From positions 19,274 to 83,273 of the forward strand of contig JAYOTF010000011.1 of the NCBI GenBank assembly GCA_038150265.1: DNA of 64,000 nucleotides, given 5' to 3'. The position numbers were made by a program, and so were the translations under genes. Below, one piece after another: positions 38,292 through 47,700 of this stretch (positions within the stretch are counted from its first letter, which is position 1; each line of letters opens with the position of its first letter). Below the pieces are notes generated by a model. It was not told the DNA's origin and searched no databases. It saw nothing but the letters and a program-made list of their open reading frames with translations. Source of the DNA: Deltaproteobacteria bacterium. GTDB lineage: Bacteria; SAR324; NAC60-12.

Positions 38292-38834
38292 ATGACCATG
38301 CCTCCGGAAATCCACTACCGCGCTGATGCGGCCTTCACGACAGAAGACGATGCCCAGCTCCGGCACCTGCTCACCACCTGCTTCACCAAGCCGCAGGACC
38401 AGATCTTTCAGCAGCAGCGCTACTTCCGGGAGCCCTATGCGCACCGCTGGGTGATCCCCGGACCACCCCCAACGCTTTGGGCGCACGTGGGCCTGCACCT
38501 GAAGGAGGTCCGGACTCGAGAGCAGGGGTTTCCGATTGGGGGAATCTGTGAGGTCTGCGTCCATCCGGAGGTTCGGGGACGCGGCTACGTTCGGGAAATG
38601 CTCAAGGTCGTGCACGCCTGGGAAGCCGCAGCAGGCCTGCCCTTTTCCCTGCTCTTTGGAGAGCCCTCGGTGTATCAGTCCAGCGGCTACCGAGAGGTCC
38701 GGAACCTGGTGTACCACCCGCAGGGCGGAGCGTGGACGGAAGAAGCGGTGGTGCCCTTGCCGGTGATGGTCCGGACTTTGGGGGAGCAACCGTGGCCCGA
38801 GGAGACCGTGTTTCTCCCCGGACCCAAGTTTTAG
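38292..38834 (+). CDS. GNAT family acetyltransferase
   Basis: GGICEVCVHPEVRGRGY motif A; YQSSGY. Confidence 0.85.
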   Translation: MTMPPEIHYRADAAFTTEDDAQLRHLLTTCFTKPQDQIFQQQRYFREPYAHRWVIPGPPPTLWAHVGLHLKEVRTREQGFPIGGICEVCVHPEVRGRGYVREMLKVVHAWEAAAGLPFSLLFGEPSVYQSSGYREVRNLVYHPQGGAWTEEAVVPLPVMVRTLGEQPWPEETVFLPGPKF

Positions 38835-38901
38835 GCGACGCTAGCGCGAGGGGTGAGGCCCGTTTGCGGTCGCGTCGTGCCGCCTGCCTGAAGCACGGGC
38901 A

Positions 38902-39864
38902 TCAGCCCTTGAGCTTGGCCACACTTTCCTCAAGAGCCGGGAGTGCCTTGAAGAGGTCACCCACGATGCCATAATCCGCGACCTTGAAGATTGGGGCATC
39001 CGCGTCCTTGTTGACGGCAACCACAATTTTTGAATCGGACATGCCCGCGAGGTGCTGGATCGCTCCGGAGATGCCGAGGGCCACATAAAGCTGCGGCTTC
39101 ACCTGCGTTCCGGTCTGGCCCACCTGGTGCTTGTGAGGCAGCCACCCGGCGTCACACACCGCCCGGGACGCCCCGAGCGCCGCCCCCAGCTGCTGGGTCA
39201 GCGGGCGGGCTTTTTCTGCCCCTTCCGGACCGCCCACCCCACGTCCCACCGACACCACGACAGGCGCATCCGTCAGTGAGATTTCGTTGCTTTCCTCCAC
39301 TTCCACCCCCAGGGTCTGGAGGCGGGCGTCGGCTTCCGGCACCGTCAGGGCGACTGTGTTCGCCGCGCAGGCAGGCTGGTCGTTCAGGGCAAAGCTGCCC
39401 CCGCGGATGCTGAGGACCTTGACGCCACTGTGCTTGAAGCGGCTCTTCTGAATCAGCTTGGTTGCCATGCAGGGCCGCTCCACCGTCACGGTTTCGCCGT
39501 CAACGGTCACCCCCGTGACGTCACTCAAGGCACCGACGCCGAGGCGCGCGGCCACCCGGGGCGTGAGGTCTCGTCCCATCTCAGAAGAGTTGAGCCAGAC
39601 CATGGAGGCTCCGGACTGCTGGGCCGCATCGGCCACCGCCTGAGTGTAGGAAAGGGTGTGGTAGATCGCCAGGGAGGCGGCATCGGCGACATAAACCGTC
39701 TGGGCGCCCAGTCCGGCGGCCACATCGGCTTCTCCAGCCACCCCTTCACCGATCAGGACCGCATCAGCCGGAATTCCCAGCCGACCGGCTTCACTGAGCA
39801 GTTCCTTGGTGCCTTCCTTGAGTGCACCGTTCTTGAATTCAGCAACAACCAGAATTTTGGACAT
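38902..39864 (-). CDS. etfA: Electron transfer flavoprotein alpha subunit
   Basis: [46 protein letters not shown]. Confidence 0.96.
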   Translation of the reverse strand: MSKILVVAEFKNGALKEGTKELLSEAGRLGIPADAVLIGEGVAGEADVAAGLGAQTVYVADAASLAIYHTLSYTQAVADAAQQSGASMVWLNSSEMGRDLTPRVAARLGVGALSDVTGVTVDGETVTVERPCMATKLIQKSRFKHSGVKVLSIRGGSFALNDQPACAANTVALTVPEADARLQTLGVEVEESNEISLTDAPVVVSVGRGVGGPEGAEKARPLTQQLGAALGASRAVCDAGWLPHKHQVGQTGTQVKPQLYVALGISGAIQHLAGMSDSKIVVAVNKDADAPIFKVADYGIVGDLFKALPALEESVAKLKG

Positions 39865-39874
39865 GGGGTTCCTT

Positions 39875-40660
39875 TCAGGCAAAGAGGGAGGTCGAGTCTT
39901 TCAGTAGCTGCATCACTTGCGGGACGGTTTCGGCTTCGTCTCCTTCAAACTTTCGCCCCTCCTTCTGCAGCTGTGGCGTCTCGTACCCCAGGGTTTCGAT
40001 CATCACCCCATCGGTGCTCAGGAGGCTTGCGTCCAGGCCCAGGGAGTCGAGCGCCACTTCTTCCATGGGCTTCTTCTTCGCCATCATGATGCCTCGCATG
40101 GAGGCGAGCCGGGCTTCCGCCATGCTGTCGTTGACGGTCGCCAGTCCGGGGAGGGCCATCTTGAAGATTTCGGTGCCGGCATCGCCCTTGCGGCGCAGGG
40201 TGACTTCTGAATCAGAAAGGTCGGAAAAGCCGGTGATGTTGGTCACCTGAGGCAGGTTGAGGAACTCGGCCAGCATGGTGGGGGTGAGTCCGGAATCGGA
40301 ATCCTGGGCCTGCTTTCCTGCCAGAATGAGGTCGTAAGAGCGGCCTTCCAGCACCTTTGCCAGAACGCTGGCCGTCTGAAAGGAGTCCCAGCCGTCTGTG
40401 GAATCACAGGACACGTGGAGGGCCTTGTGGGCGCCGATCGCGAGCGCCTTGCGGAGGGCTTCCTGCACCCGAGCAGGTCCGATGGACAGCACGGTGACTT
40501 CTCCGCCAGCGGCTTCGGTCATCTGAAGAGCGGCTTCCAGTGCCGTTTCATCCCAGCCCCCAATGACCCAGCTCACGCCATCTTCCACGAGGGCCCCATC
40601 GTTCACCTTGATGTTCAGCGCAACATCCGGGGTTTGCTTGATCAGTACAATGATATCCAT
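39875..40660 (-). CDS. etfB: Electron transfer flavoprotein beta subunit
   Basis: IVLIKQTPD, ALEAAL, LILAGKQAQDSD, RLASMRGIMMAKKKP. Confidence 0.95.
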   Translation of the reverse strand: MDIIVLIKQTPDVALNIKVNDGALVEDGVSWVIGGWDETALEAALQMTEAAGGEVTVLSIGPARVQEALRKALAIGAHKALHVSCDSTDGWDSFQTASVLAKVLEGRSYDLILAGKQAQDSDSGLTPTMLAEFLNLPQVTNITGFSDLSDSEVTLRRKGDAGTEIFKMALPGLATVNDSMAEARLASMRGIMMAKKKPMEEVALDSLGLDASLLSTDGVMIETLGYETPQLQKEGRKFEGDEAETVPQVMQLLKDSTSLFA

Positions 40661-40814
40661 GTTCAACTCTGCTGCAGGAGGCGGCCTGGACCGAGCAGGA
40701 AGGGTCCACCGCGTGTTGTCAGTGATGAGAGAAATGGAAGACAGGCTCCCACTTCAGAGGACGGTTATGAGCCTTTCAGTGTAACGGATTGCGCAGGCTG
40801 ATGCTACTGTTGCT

Positions 40815-41345
40815 TCAGGTGGATTCCAGGACTGGAATGGGGATGAGGCGGAAGGCGTGTCCGGTCGCCTGAAAGAACTGCTCCAGCGCCTCCCGCGAAA
40901 GCTGCAGGGTGCTGGTATTGATCAGCGGGTGACAGAGGATGAAGCGTTCCTGCCAGAGGTCTTCATCAATCAGCACCTCCACCTGCTGCGTTTCATCATG
41001 AAAGAGCCCCAGCAAACTCACGGATCCCGGCTCCAGACCGAGGTGCTCCCTGAGGCGTTCCGGAGAGGCAAAGCTCAGCTTGCTGGAACCCGTCACGGCA
41101 GAGAGCCGCTTCAGGTCCACCCGCTTGTCTTCCTCCACCGTCACCAAAAAGTGCCGCTCGCCTTTTTTGTCCCGGAGAAAGAGGTTCTTGGTCTTCCCGC
41201 CTTCCATGTCTGGACAGAGCACCTTCGATTCTTCCACCGTAAAGACGGCAGGGTGATCAAAGCGGGTGTAGGCCAGGTCATGCGCATTCAGGAAGGCATA
41301 CAGGTCAGAAACACGAGCGTCAGGGGGAGGGGGAGCGGTGGGCAT
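40815..41345 (-). CDS. ProX/PrdX-type YbaK-family aminoacyl-tRNA deacylase
   Basis: HPAVFTVEES, TKNLFLRDKKG, LSFASPE, PGSVS, HPLINT. Confidence 0.9.
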   Translation of the reverse strand: MPTAPPPPDARVSDLYAFLNAHDLAYTRFDHPAVFTVEESKVLCPDMEGGKTKNLFLRDKKGERHFLVTVEEDKRVDLKRLSAVTGSSKLSFASPERLREHLGLEPGSVSLLGLFHDETQQVEVLIDEDLWQERFILCHPLINTSTLQLSREALEQFFQATGHAFRLIPIPVLEST

Positions 41346-41348
41346 GAT

Positions 41349-42116
41349 TCAGTAGTTGGCTTCTTCGACTTCTTGCATTTGTTCCATGAAGCGCTGGACG
41401 GCTTCAGTGAGCGCCGACCGCATTTCGGCGCGCTCTTCAGGGTCGGCACACTGCAGGATCTGCTCCGCGTAGGTCGTCAGCTGCTGCAGGGACTCATGAA
41501 GCTGCGCGTCGTCCATGCGGTAGTACCAATCGGACGCCGACTCTTCCGGCTCCGGCTCCGGAATCGCCAGGGACTGTTCTTCCTTGTGGCGCTTCAGGGT
41601 TTCCCGAAGCTCCCGGATGGACGGGGCCGCCTTCTCCCCGCGGGCTTCATTCCAGATGCGCTCACGCTCTTCCGGCGTATCGCAGCTGCTCAGGAGGTAG
41701 GCGCCAGAGGCGGTGTAGCGTCCAATGAGCTCGGGCTGCTCCGCGTAGGTTTCGGCCACCTTGCGACACTGCATGGCCGAGGAGTAGGGCATGTTGATGT
41801 TTTCGGCGTACCACGACTTGACCTGCTCCGTGGTGAGTCCGGACTTCCGCAGAGCCTTGTGCAGCGCACACAGGTGCAGGCCCAGCTGAAAGTAGTCATC
41901 GGCAATGTTGTCGATGTAGCGGTTGATCTGGTCCACCACCAGCTTCATCCGCTCCGTGCCTTCATCGACATTCTCGGGGTGGAGGTCGAGTTCCGGAACA
42001 AAGAAGTTGCTGCGGTGGACGTTCCCTGGAGGCGTGACGGGGTCCAGCAGGTCCCGGGAGCCCTCGCGCTCAATGCTGGACTGCGGCTTGAGTTCGATGT
42101 TAAGTCCCTTGGCCAT
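41349..42116 (-). CDS. Uncharacterised ParA partner, DUF3102-like helical protein
   Basis: Overlaps the parA stop; core INRYIDNIADDYFQLGLHL...KSWYAENINMPYSSAMQCRKVA resembles the DUF3102 pattern; no ParB GxRR motif. Confidence 0.7.
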   Translation of the reverse strand: MAKGLNIELKPQSSIEREGSRDLLDPVTPPGNVHRSNFFVPELDLHPENVDEGTERMKLVVDQINRYIDNIADDYFQLGLHLCALHKALRKSGLTTEQVKSWYAENINMPYSSAMQCRKVAETYAEQPELIGRYTASGAYLLSSCDTPEERERIWNEARGEKAAPSIRELRETLKRHKEEQSLAIPEPEPEESASDWYYRMDDAQLHESLQQLTTYAEQILQCADPEERAEMRSALTEAVQRFMEQMQEVEEANY

Positions 42117-42894
42117 GGCTCCGTCGCTCCTTTTCCCGTTGTGCAATGCGGCGCATGATCTCCTTGCAGAGGGCGTCATACATGTAGGCGCCGCGGGTTC
42201 GCCCGCCCCGGTAGTCGAAGATGTTCTGGTGAAACGCCGGGGCTTCCTGAATGGAAACGCTTTCCTCAATGTGGTGCTCAAACATCAGCTCCGGCCAGCG
42301 TTCCTGCAGCCCCTTGCGGATGGTCTGAGACAAATTGGTCCGGGGGTTGTAGCGGGTGATGGCGACCCCCAGGACCTCGGCCTTGCACTGCCCCAGCGAC
42401 TGCTTCTGGAACTCGGCAATGTACTCCATGATCTGGTCGCAGCCGCTGTACCCGAGGTAATCGGTCACCACCGGCACAATGATGTAATCGACGTACATCA
42501 GCAGGTTCCGGCTCAGGTCGCTCCAGCTGGGGGCGGTGTCGACAATCACGATCCCCTGTGCAATGGGCGCCAGGATTTCTTGCAGCAGGACATCCTTCTG
42601 ACGGGCTTGTGCCAGCAGCTGAGTCGCCTCCACAATGTCCGTGCCTCCGGACGGGAGGAAGTGGAAGTGCTTGTCGAGGGTGAGGAAGTCGAAGGTCTTG
42701 ACGCGACCGAGGATGATGTTTGCGAGGTTGCAGACGTGATCGCGCTGAAAAATCGTCGTCACGTTCGCCTGAACATCGGAATCGATCAGCAGCACTTCTC
42801 GACGGGCCTTGGCAATCCGGGCCGCCAGGTTCACAGAAAGGCTGGTCTTGGCCTGTCCACCTTTCATGGACATCACAGCGATTTTGATGCTCAC
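42100..42894 (-). CDS. ParA/Soj family ATPase with deviant Walker A (KGGQAKT)
   Basis: KIAVMSMKGGQAKTS, LLIDSDVQAN, VIVDTAP, IIVPV, SIQEAP; GTG start after GGAG. Confidence 0.9.
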   Translation of the reverse strand: MSIKIAVMSMKGGQAKTSLSVNLAARIAKARREVLLIDSDVQANVTTIFQRDHVCNLANIILGRVKTFDFLTLDKHFHFLPSGGTDIVEATQLLAQARQKDVLLQEILAPIAQGIVIVDTAPSWSDLSRNLLMYVDYIIVPVVTDYLGYSGCDQIMEYIAEFQKQSLGQCKAEVLGVAITRYNPRTNLSQTIRKGLQERWPELMFEHHIEESVSIQEAPAFHQNIFDYRGGRTRGAYMYDALCKEIMRRIAQREKERRSHGQGT

Positions 42895-43102
42895 GCAGCT
42901 CCAGGGAGAGGTACTTGAATGCTTGGACGCAAAATTTACGAAAATAGCAACGTCCGGTCAAAAGACAAGCTGACTCACCATGGTCGGCAAAAACCCGCTT
43001 GCGGGAAGGCGGACTCCCTCTTGGCGTTCGCCCCGACCCGTGGCAGAATGGGAGGCTTGGTCCCCCGCCTCTCCCTCAATTTTCTTCCGGAAGGACGCTG
43101 AC

Positions 43103-44632
43103 ATGGATTTCCTCAAACGACTTGGACTCGACCCCCTGCTTTCTGGGGCCGTCACCGGCGCGACGCCTCACCCCTGCACCGGCCCCACCCTGACGGTCAC
43201 ATCGCCGATTGACGGGCGCGAGCTGGCACAGGTCCAGCAGGCCAGCGCAGCCGAGTACGAGGTCCTGGTCCAGCAGGCGCAGGAGGCCTTCCTCCAGTGG
43301 CGCACCCTCCCCGCTCCGCAGCGCGGCGAAGTCGTCCGACAGATCGGAGACGCCGTCCGGGCTCACAAGCAGGACCTCGGCGCACTCGTGTCCTGGGAGG
43401 TCGGCAAGATCACGCAAGAGGGAGAAGGCGAGGTGCAGGAAATGATCGACATCTGCGACTTCGCCGTTGGGCTGTCTCGGCAGCTGTATGGCCTCACCAT
43501 GACCTCCGAGCGTCCGGGGCACCGCATGTTTGAACAGTGGCACCCGCTGGGGCCCATCGGCATCGTCACGGCGTTCAACTTCCCGGTCGCGGTGTGGTCC
43601 TGGAACGCCATGATTGCCGCAGTGTGTGGCAACACGATGATCTGGAAGCCCAGCCCCAAGGCGCCCCTGTGTGCCCTGGCGCTTCAGAAAATTGCCGGGC
43701 AGGTGCTGGAGCGCAACGGGCTGCCGGCCGGAGTCTTCACCACCCTCGTCGGCACCAATGAGGACATCGCCGCTCGCCTGGTCGACGACCCGCGGATTCC
43801 GCTCATCTCGGCCACGGGTTCCACCGCGATGGGGCAGGTCGTCGGCCAGAAGGTCGCGGCTCGGCTCGGACGCTCGCTGCTCGAGCTCGGAGGCAACAAC
43901 GCCATCATCGTCACCCCCAGCGCCGACCTCAAGATCGCCATTCCCGGAATCGTCTTTGGCGCAGTCGGCACCTGCGGGCAACGCTGCACCAGCACCCGGC
44001 GCCTGATCATCCACGACTCCATCTACGAGACGGTCAAGGAGCGCCTGGTCCGGGCCTACCAGCAGCTGGACGACCGCATTGGCGACCCCACTCAGCCCGG
44101 CACCCTGATCGGCCCCATGATTGACGACGCTGCCGTGGACCGCTTCCTGGAGGCCATCGCCGCCCTTCAGGCGGCAGGAGGCACCCTGCTGCATGGCGGT
44201 GAACGCCTCTCCGGAATGCCCTCCGGACGCTACGTCCGCCCTGCGCTGGCGGAAGCAGAAAACGCGTGGCCCGTGGTGCAGCAAGAAACGTTTGGGCCCC
44301 TGCTCTACCTCATCCGCTACCACACGCTGGAGGAAGCCCTGGCCCTGCAGAACGGCGTGCCCCAGGGGCTTTCCTCCGCCATCTTCACTCAGAATTTGCT
44401 GGAGTCCGAGCAGTTCCTCAGCGCCTCCGGATCCGACTGCGGGCTCGCCAACGTCAACATTGGCACCTCCGGAGCTGAAATCGGCGGGGCCTTTGGAGGC
44501 GAAAAGGAAACCGGCGGTGGACGGGAGTCCGGATCCGACGCCTGGAAGGCTTACATGCGGCGGCAGACCAATACCCTCAACTACTCCTCGGCCCTCCCCC
44601 TGGCGCAGGGCATCCGCTTTGACCTCGAGTGA
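43103..44632 (+). CDS. Aldehyde dehydrogenase, ALDH7/piperideine-6-carboxylate dehydrogenase-like
   Basis: EGEGEVQEMIDICDFAVGLSRQLYG, LELGGNNA, GQRCTSTRR, GAFGGEKETGGGRESGSD, LPLAQGI. Confidence 0.93.
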   Translation: MDFLKRLGLDPLLSGAVTGATPHPCTGPTLTVTSPIDGRELAQVQQASAAEYEVLVQQAQEAFLQWRTLPAPQRGEVVRQIGDAVRAHKQDLGALVSWEVGKITQEGEGEVQEMIDICDFAVGLSRQLYGLTMTSERPGHRMFEQWHPLGPIGIVTAFNFPVAVWSWNAMIAAVCGNTMIWKPSPKAPLCALALQKIAGQVLERNGLPAGVFTTLVGTNEDIAARLVDDPRIPLISATGSTAMGQVVGQKVAARLGRSLLELGGNNAIIVTPSADLKIAIPGIVFGAVGTCGQRCTSTRRLIIHDSIYETVKERLVRAYQQLDDRIGDPTQPGTLIGPMIDDAAVDRFLEAIAALQAAGGTLLHGGERLSGMPSGRYVRPALAEAENAWPVVQQETFGPLLYLIRYHTLEEALALQNGVPQGLSSAIFTQNLLESEQFLSASGSDCGLANVNIGTSGAEIGGAFGGEKETGGGRESGSDAWKAYMRRQTNTLNYSSALPLAQGIRFDLE

Positions 44633-44743
44633 CGGAAAAACACGGCTGGCTCATGACAGGGTCAGCCGGATCTGATACGGTTGCGTCTGGTGCGTCCCGG
44701 CACCTTCCTCAAGCCCTTCACCTTATTTGTCCATGGAACCGAA

Positions 44744-47700
44744 ATGACGCTTCGCCTCCCTGCTCTGATTGGCAACAAATCGACCATTGAGAAGCAACTG
44801 AATGCCCTCAGCCTGGTCCAAAAGGAGCTGCTGGTCAACCTGATGCTGGTTAACGAATCCATCTCCAAGTCGAACCTGTTTGCCAAGATGTCAACGGTCT
44901 TGTTCAGCGAAGACACGAGGAACCGTACCAAGCTCTACAAGGCTTGGGAACAACTTGAGCGCGACGGATGGTTTCAGAGGGGAGAGTTCAACAAGCAGGC
45001 CCTGCTCACACCCTTTGCTCGAGGAGCGGCGCGAGTCATTGGCCGCAGCCATCCGGACCTGGCCAAGGCCTCTGCCCTTTACCGGAAGCACCGACAGTCT
45101 CATTGGGGCTGGTGGGCCACCCAGTACCACCTCGATCTGGACGACAGTGAGGAGCGGTGGCTGCTGGGAGACCCGGAAGGGATCGAGGCACTCTTGAACA
45201 AGCTGGAAGCAGGACCGTCTCAGGCGACGAAGCCGTCGAAAGAGCGGGATGAAGAGATCGAGGCCCTCCTGAGCAAACTGTCAACGGACCCCATTCAGTC
45301 GATCAAGCGGGATGAAGAGGTGGATGAAGAGCTTCGCCTCGAAATCGAAATCAACGTCATGGAGCTGCTGCTCAACCCCTGGATTCCGGAGCAGTTTTCC
45401 CAATTGAGTGTTCCGCATCAGTTCCGAATGCTGCACATGGCGCTCAACTCGTTTGTCACCCTGGAGTTCCCGGTGGCCCAGGAGGTCTTCGAGTACGCAG
45501 AGAGCCTGCTCCATCACGTCTCATCCGGAGGAGCCATTCTGGCGGGATCTCTGGCAATCGTGTACCTGAGGCAAGGACGCTGGGAGCAGGCAAACGCGCT
45601 TCTGAATGCCCTGCCTCAGGACCACTTCACGTACTGGCAGGGACGCGGCACCCTGGAGTTCATGAGGGGCAATTATGCCGAAGCGCTGGACGCCTACCAG
45701 CAGGGCTTTCCGCTGTTCAACAGGGGCATCCGAGGACGCAAGCACCCCCTTCCCGGCCTCGCAGGAAACCTGATGCCCCTTGCCATGATTGGCGCTGACC
45801 CGGAAAAGGGCATTGATGCGGCCGTCGGTTTTTTGCAAAAGCTGGCGCTGACGGGACGCCCCTTTCTGAAGACGCTCCAAAGCAACCTGACCGCGACGGT
45901 GCCCAAGTTGACGGATCGGGACATGGAGCCGGACATCAGCGCCCGGTGGCTGAATCTTTTCCTGGGCTACTGGAGCGGAGACACCCAAAAACGACCTTAC
46001 CTCTCTGACCCGCTTCTCCAGACATTTCAGGCCCATCAATTCGTCTGGGACCTCAGTCAGTTGGTCCACCTGCAGCACGCCACCAAGGAGCCTCCGTTTA
46101 CCTCTCCCAGGGGGTTCGCCAAGCATGGTTTTGGCAACCTGACCGAACTGCGTCCCAAGGAAGAAGAATGGGAGCGCACCCTCAAAACCCTCTCGGCCTT
46201 TGGAAAGGCGCGCTCAGTCTCGGCCACCAGGAAGACTCAGCAAAAACGCCTGGCTTGGGTGATCGACATTCGAGGAGAAGGGATCACGCCAGTGGCCCAG
46301 ATCCTCAACAAATCCGGAAACTGGACGGGCGGACGAGCCGTTGCGCTGAAGCGCCTGAAGAACGGCCTGCCCTTCATGGAGGAGCAGGACTACCAGGTCG
46401 CCTCCCAGGTCCGGGAGTACCACCACTACTACGGAGCCAGGGAGTATGAGTTGCCCTTTGAGAAGGCGATTCCGCTGCTGGTGGGGCACCCCCTGCTGTT
46501 TCAGACAGGCGCTACGGAACTGCCCCTGGAACTGGTCGCAGGCACTCCGGAACTGCTCGTGCAGGAAACCGCCAAGGGCTACCAGATCAAATTCCCCTAC
46601 CAGCTCAAGTCAGACTCCTCAGTCGTCTTGCAGAAGGAGACCCCCACCCGTTACCGAGTGATTTCCTTCTCTCAGGAGCAGCTTGATTTGCTGGGAGCGG
46701 TTGAGCAAAAATCCGTGACCATTCCGCTGGCAGGAAAGGAGAAACTGACCCAGGCTCTGGAAAACCTGAGCCCCATCATTTCCATCACCTCTCCGCTTGG
46801 CATTGGCGAAGAGGACCTCCCGGAGGTTCCGCCCAGCACTCGGATTCATGCGCACCTGCTTCCGCTGGGCGAGGGGCTCCGGTTGGAGTTGCTGGTGCGC
46901 CCCCTCGGCGACGGAGGCCCCTACACGCAACCCGGACGGGGCAGCACCCTCTGGATTGGAGAGGTCGACCAGGAACGCAAGCGGACGAAACGGTCGCTGA
47001 AGAAGGAACAGCAGGAGTACAACAGGGTGCTGGCCCAGGCTCCCCTCCTCAGCGAGTGGCCTCATGAGCAAGGCGAGTGGCGCTTTGAGGCCCCGGAAGA
47101 CTGCCTGGAGATCCTTCAGGAACTGCAGGAGCTCGGCGAGCAGGTGCAGGTGGAGTGGCCGGAAGGACAGAAGCTCAAGCTGTCTCGGCTGGTCGACTTT
47201 GAAAACCTGGCGCTGCGCATCAAGCGCCACCGAGACTGGTTTCAGGTGGAAGGAGAGCTTCGGCTCAGCGACGAGCAAACGCTGTCGCTGCAGGTCCTGC
47301 TGAATCACCTCAAGCAACGCAGGGGCCGATTTGTCCCGATTGGCGACCAGGAGTTCCTCACCCTCACCGACCAGTTCCGCAAACGCCTGGAGGAGCTTGA
47401 TGCCTTTACCGAACGCTCCGGAAACCAACTCCGGCTGCCCGACTTTGCGGCTCCGGCTCTGGAGGACTGGGTGGAGTCGGTGGGAGCCCTGGAGGCTGAT
47501 CCTTCGTGGAAGGAACGGCTGAACAAGCTGCGGGACGCCCAGAGCCTGAACCCGGCGGTGCCGTCTACCCTGCGAGCGCAGCTGCGGGATTACCAGCAGG
47601 AGGGCTTCACGTGGCTCACGCGTCTGGCCCACTGGGACGCAGGCGCCTGCCTGGCCGATGACATGGGGTTGGGAAAAACCGTGCAGGCCATTGCATCGAT

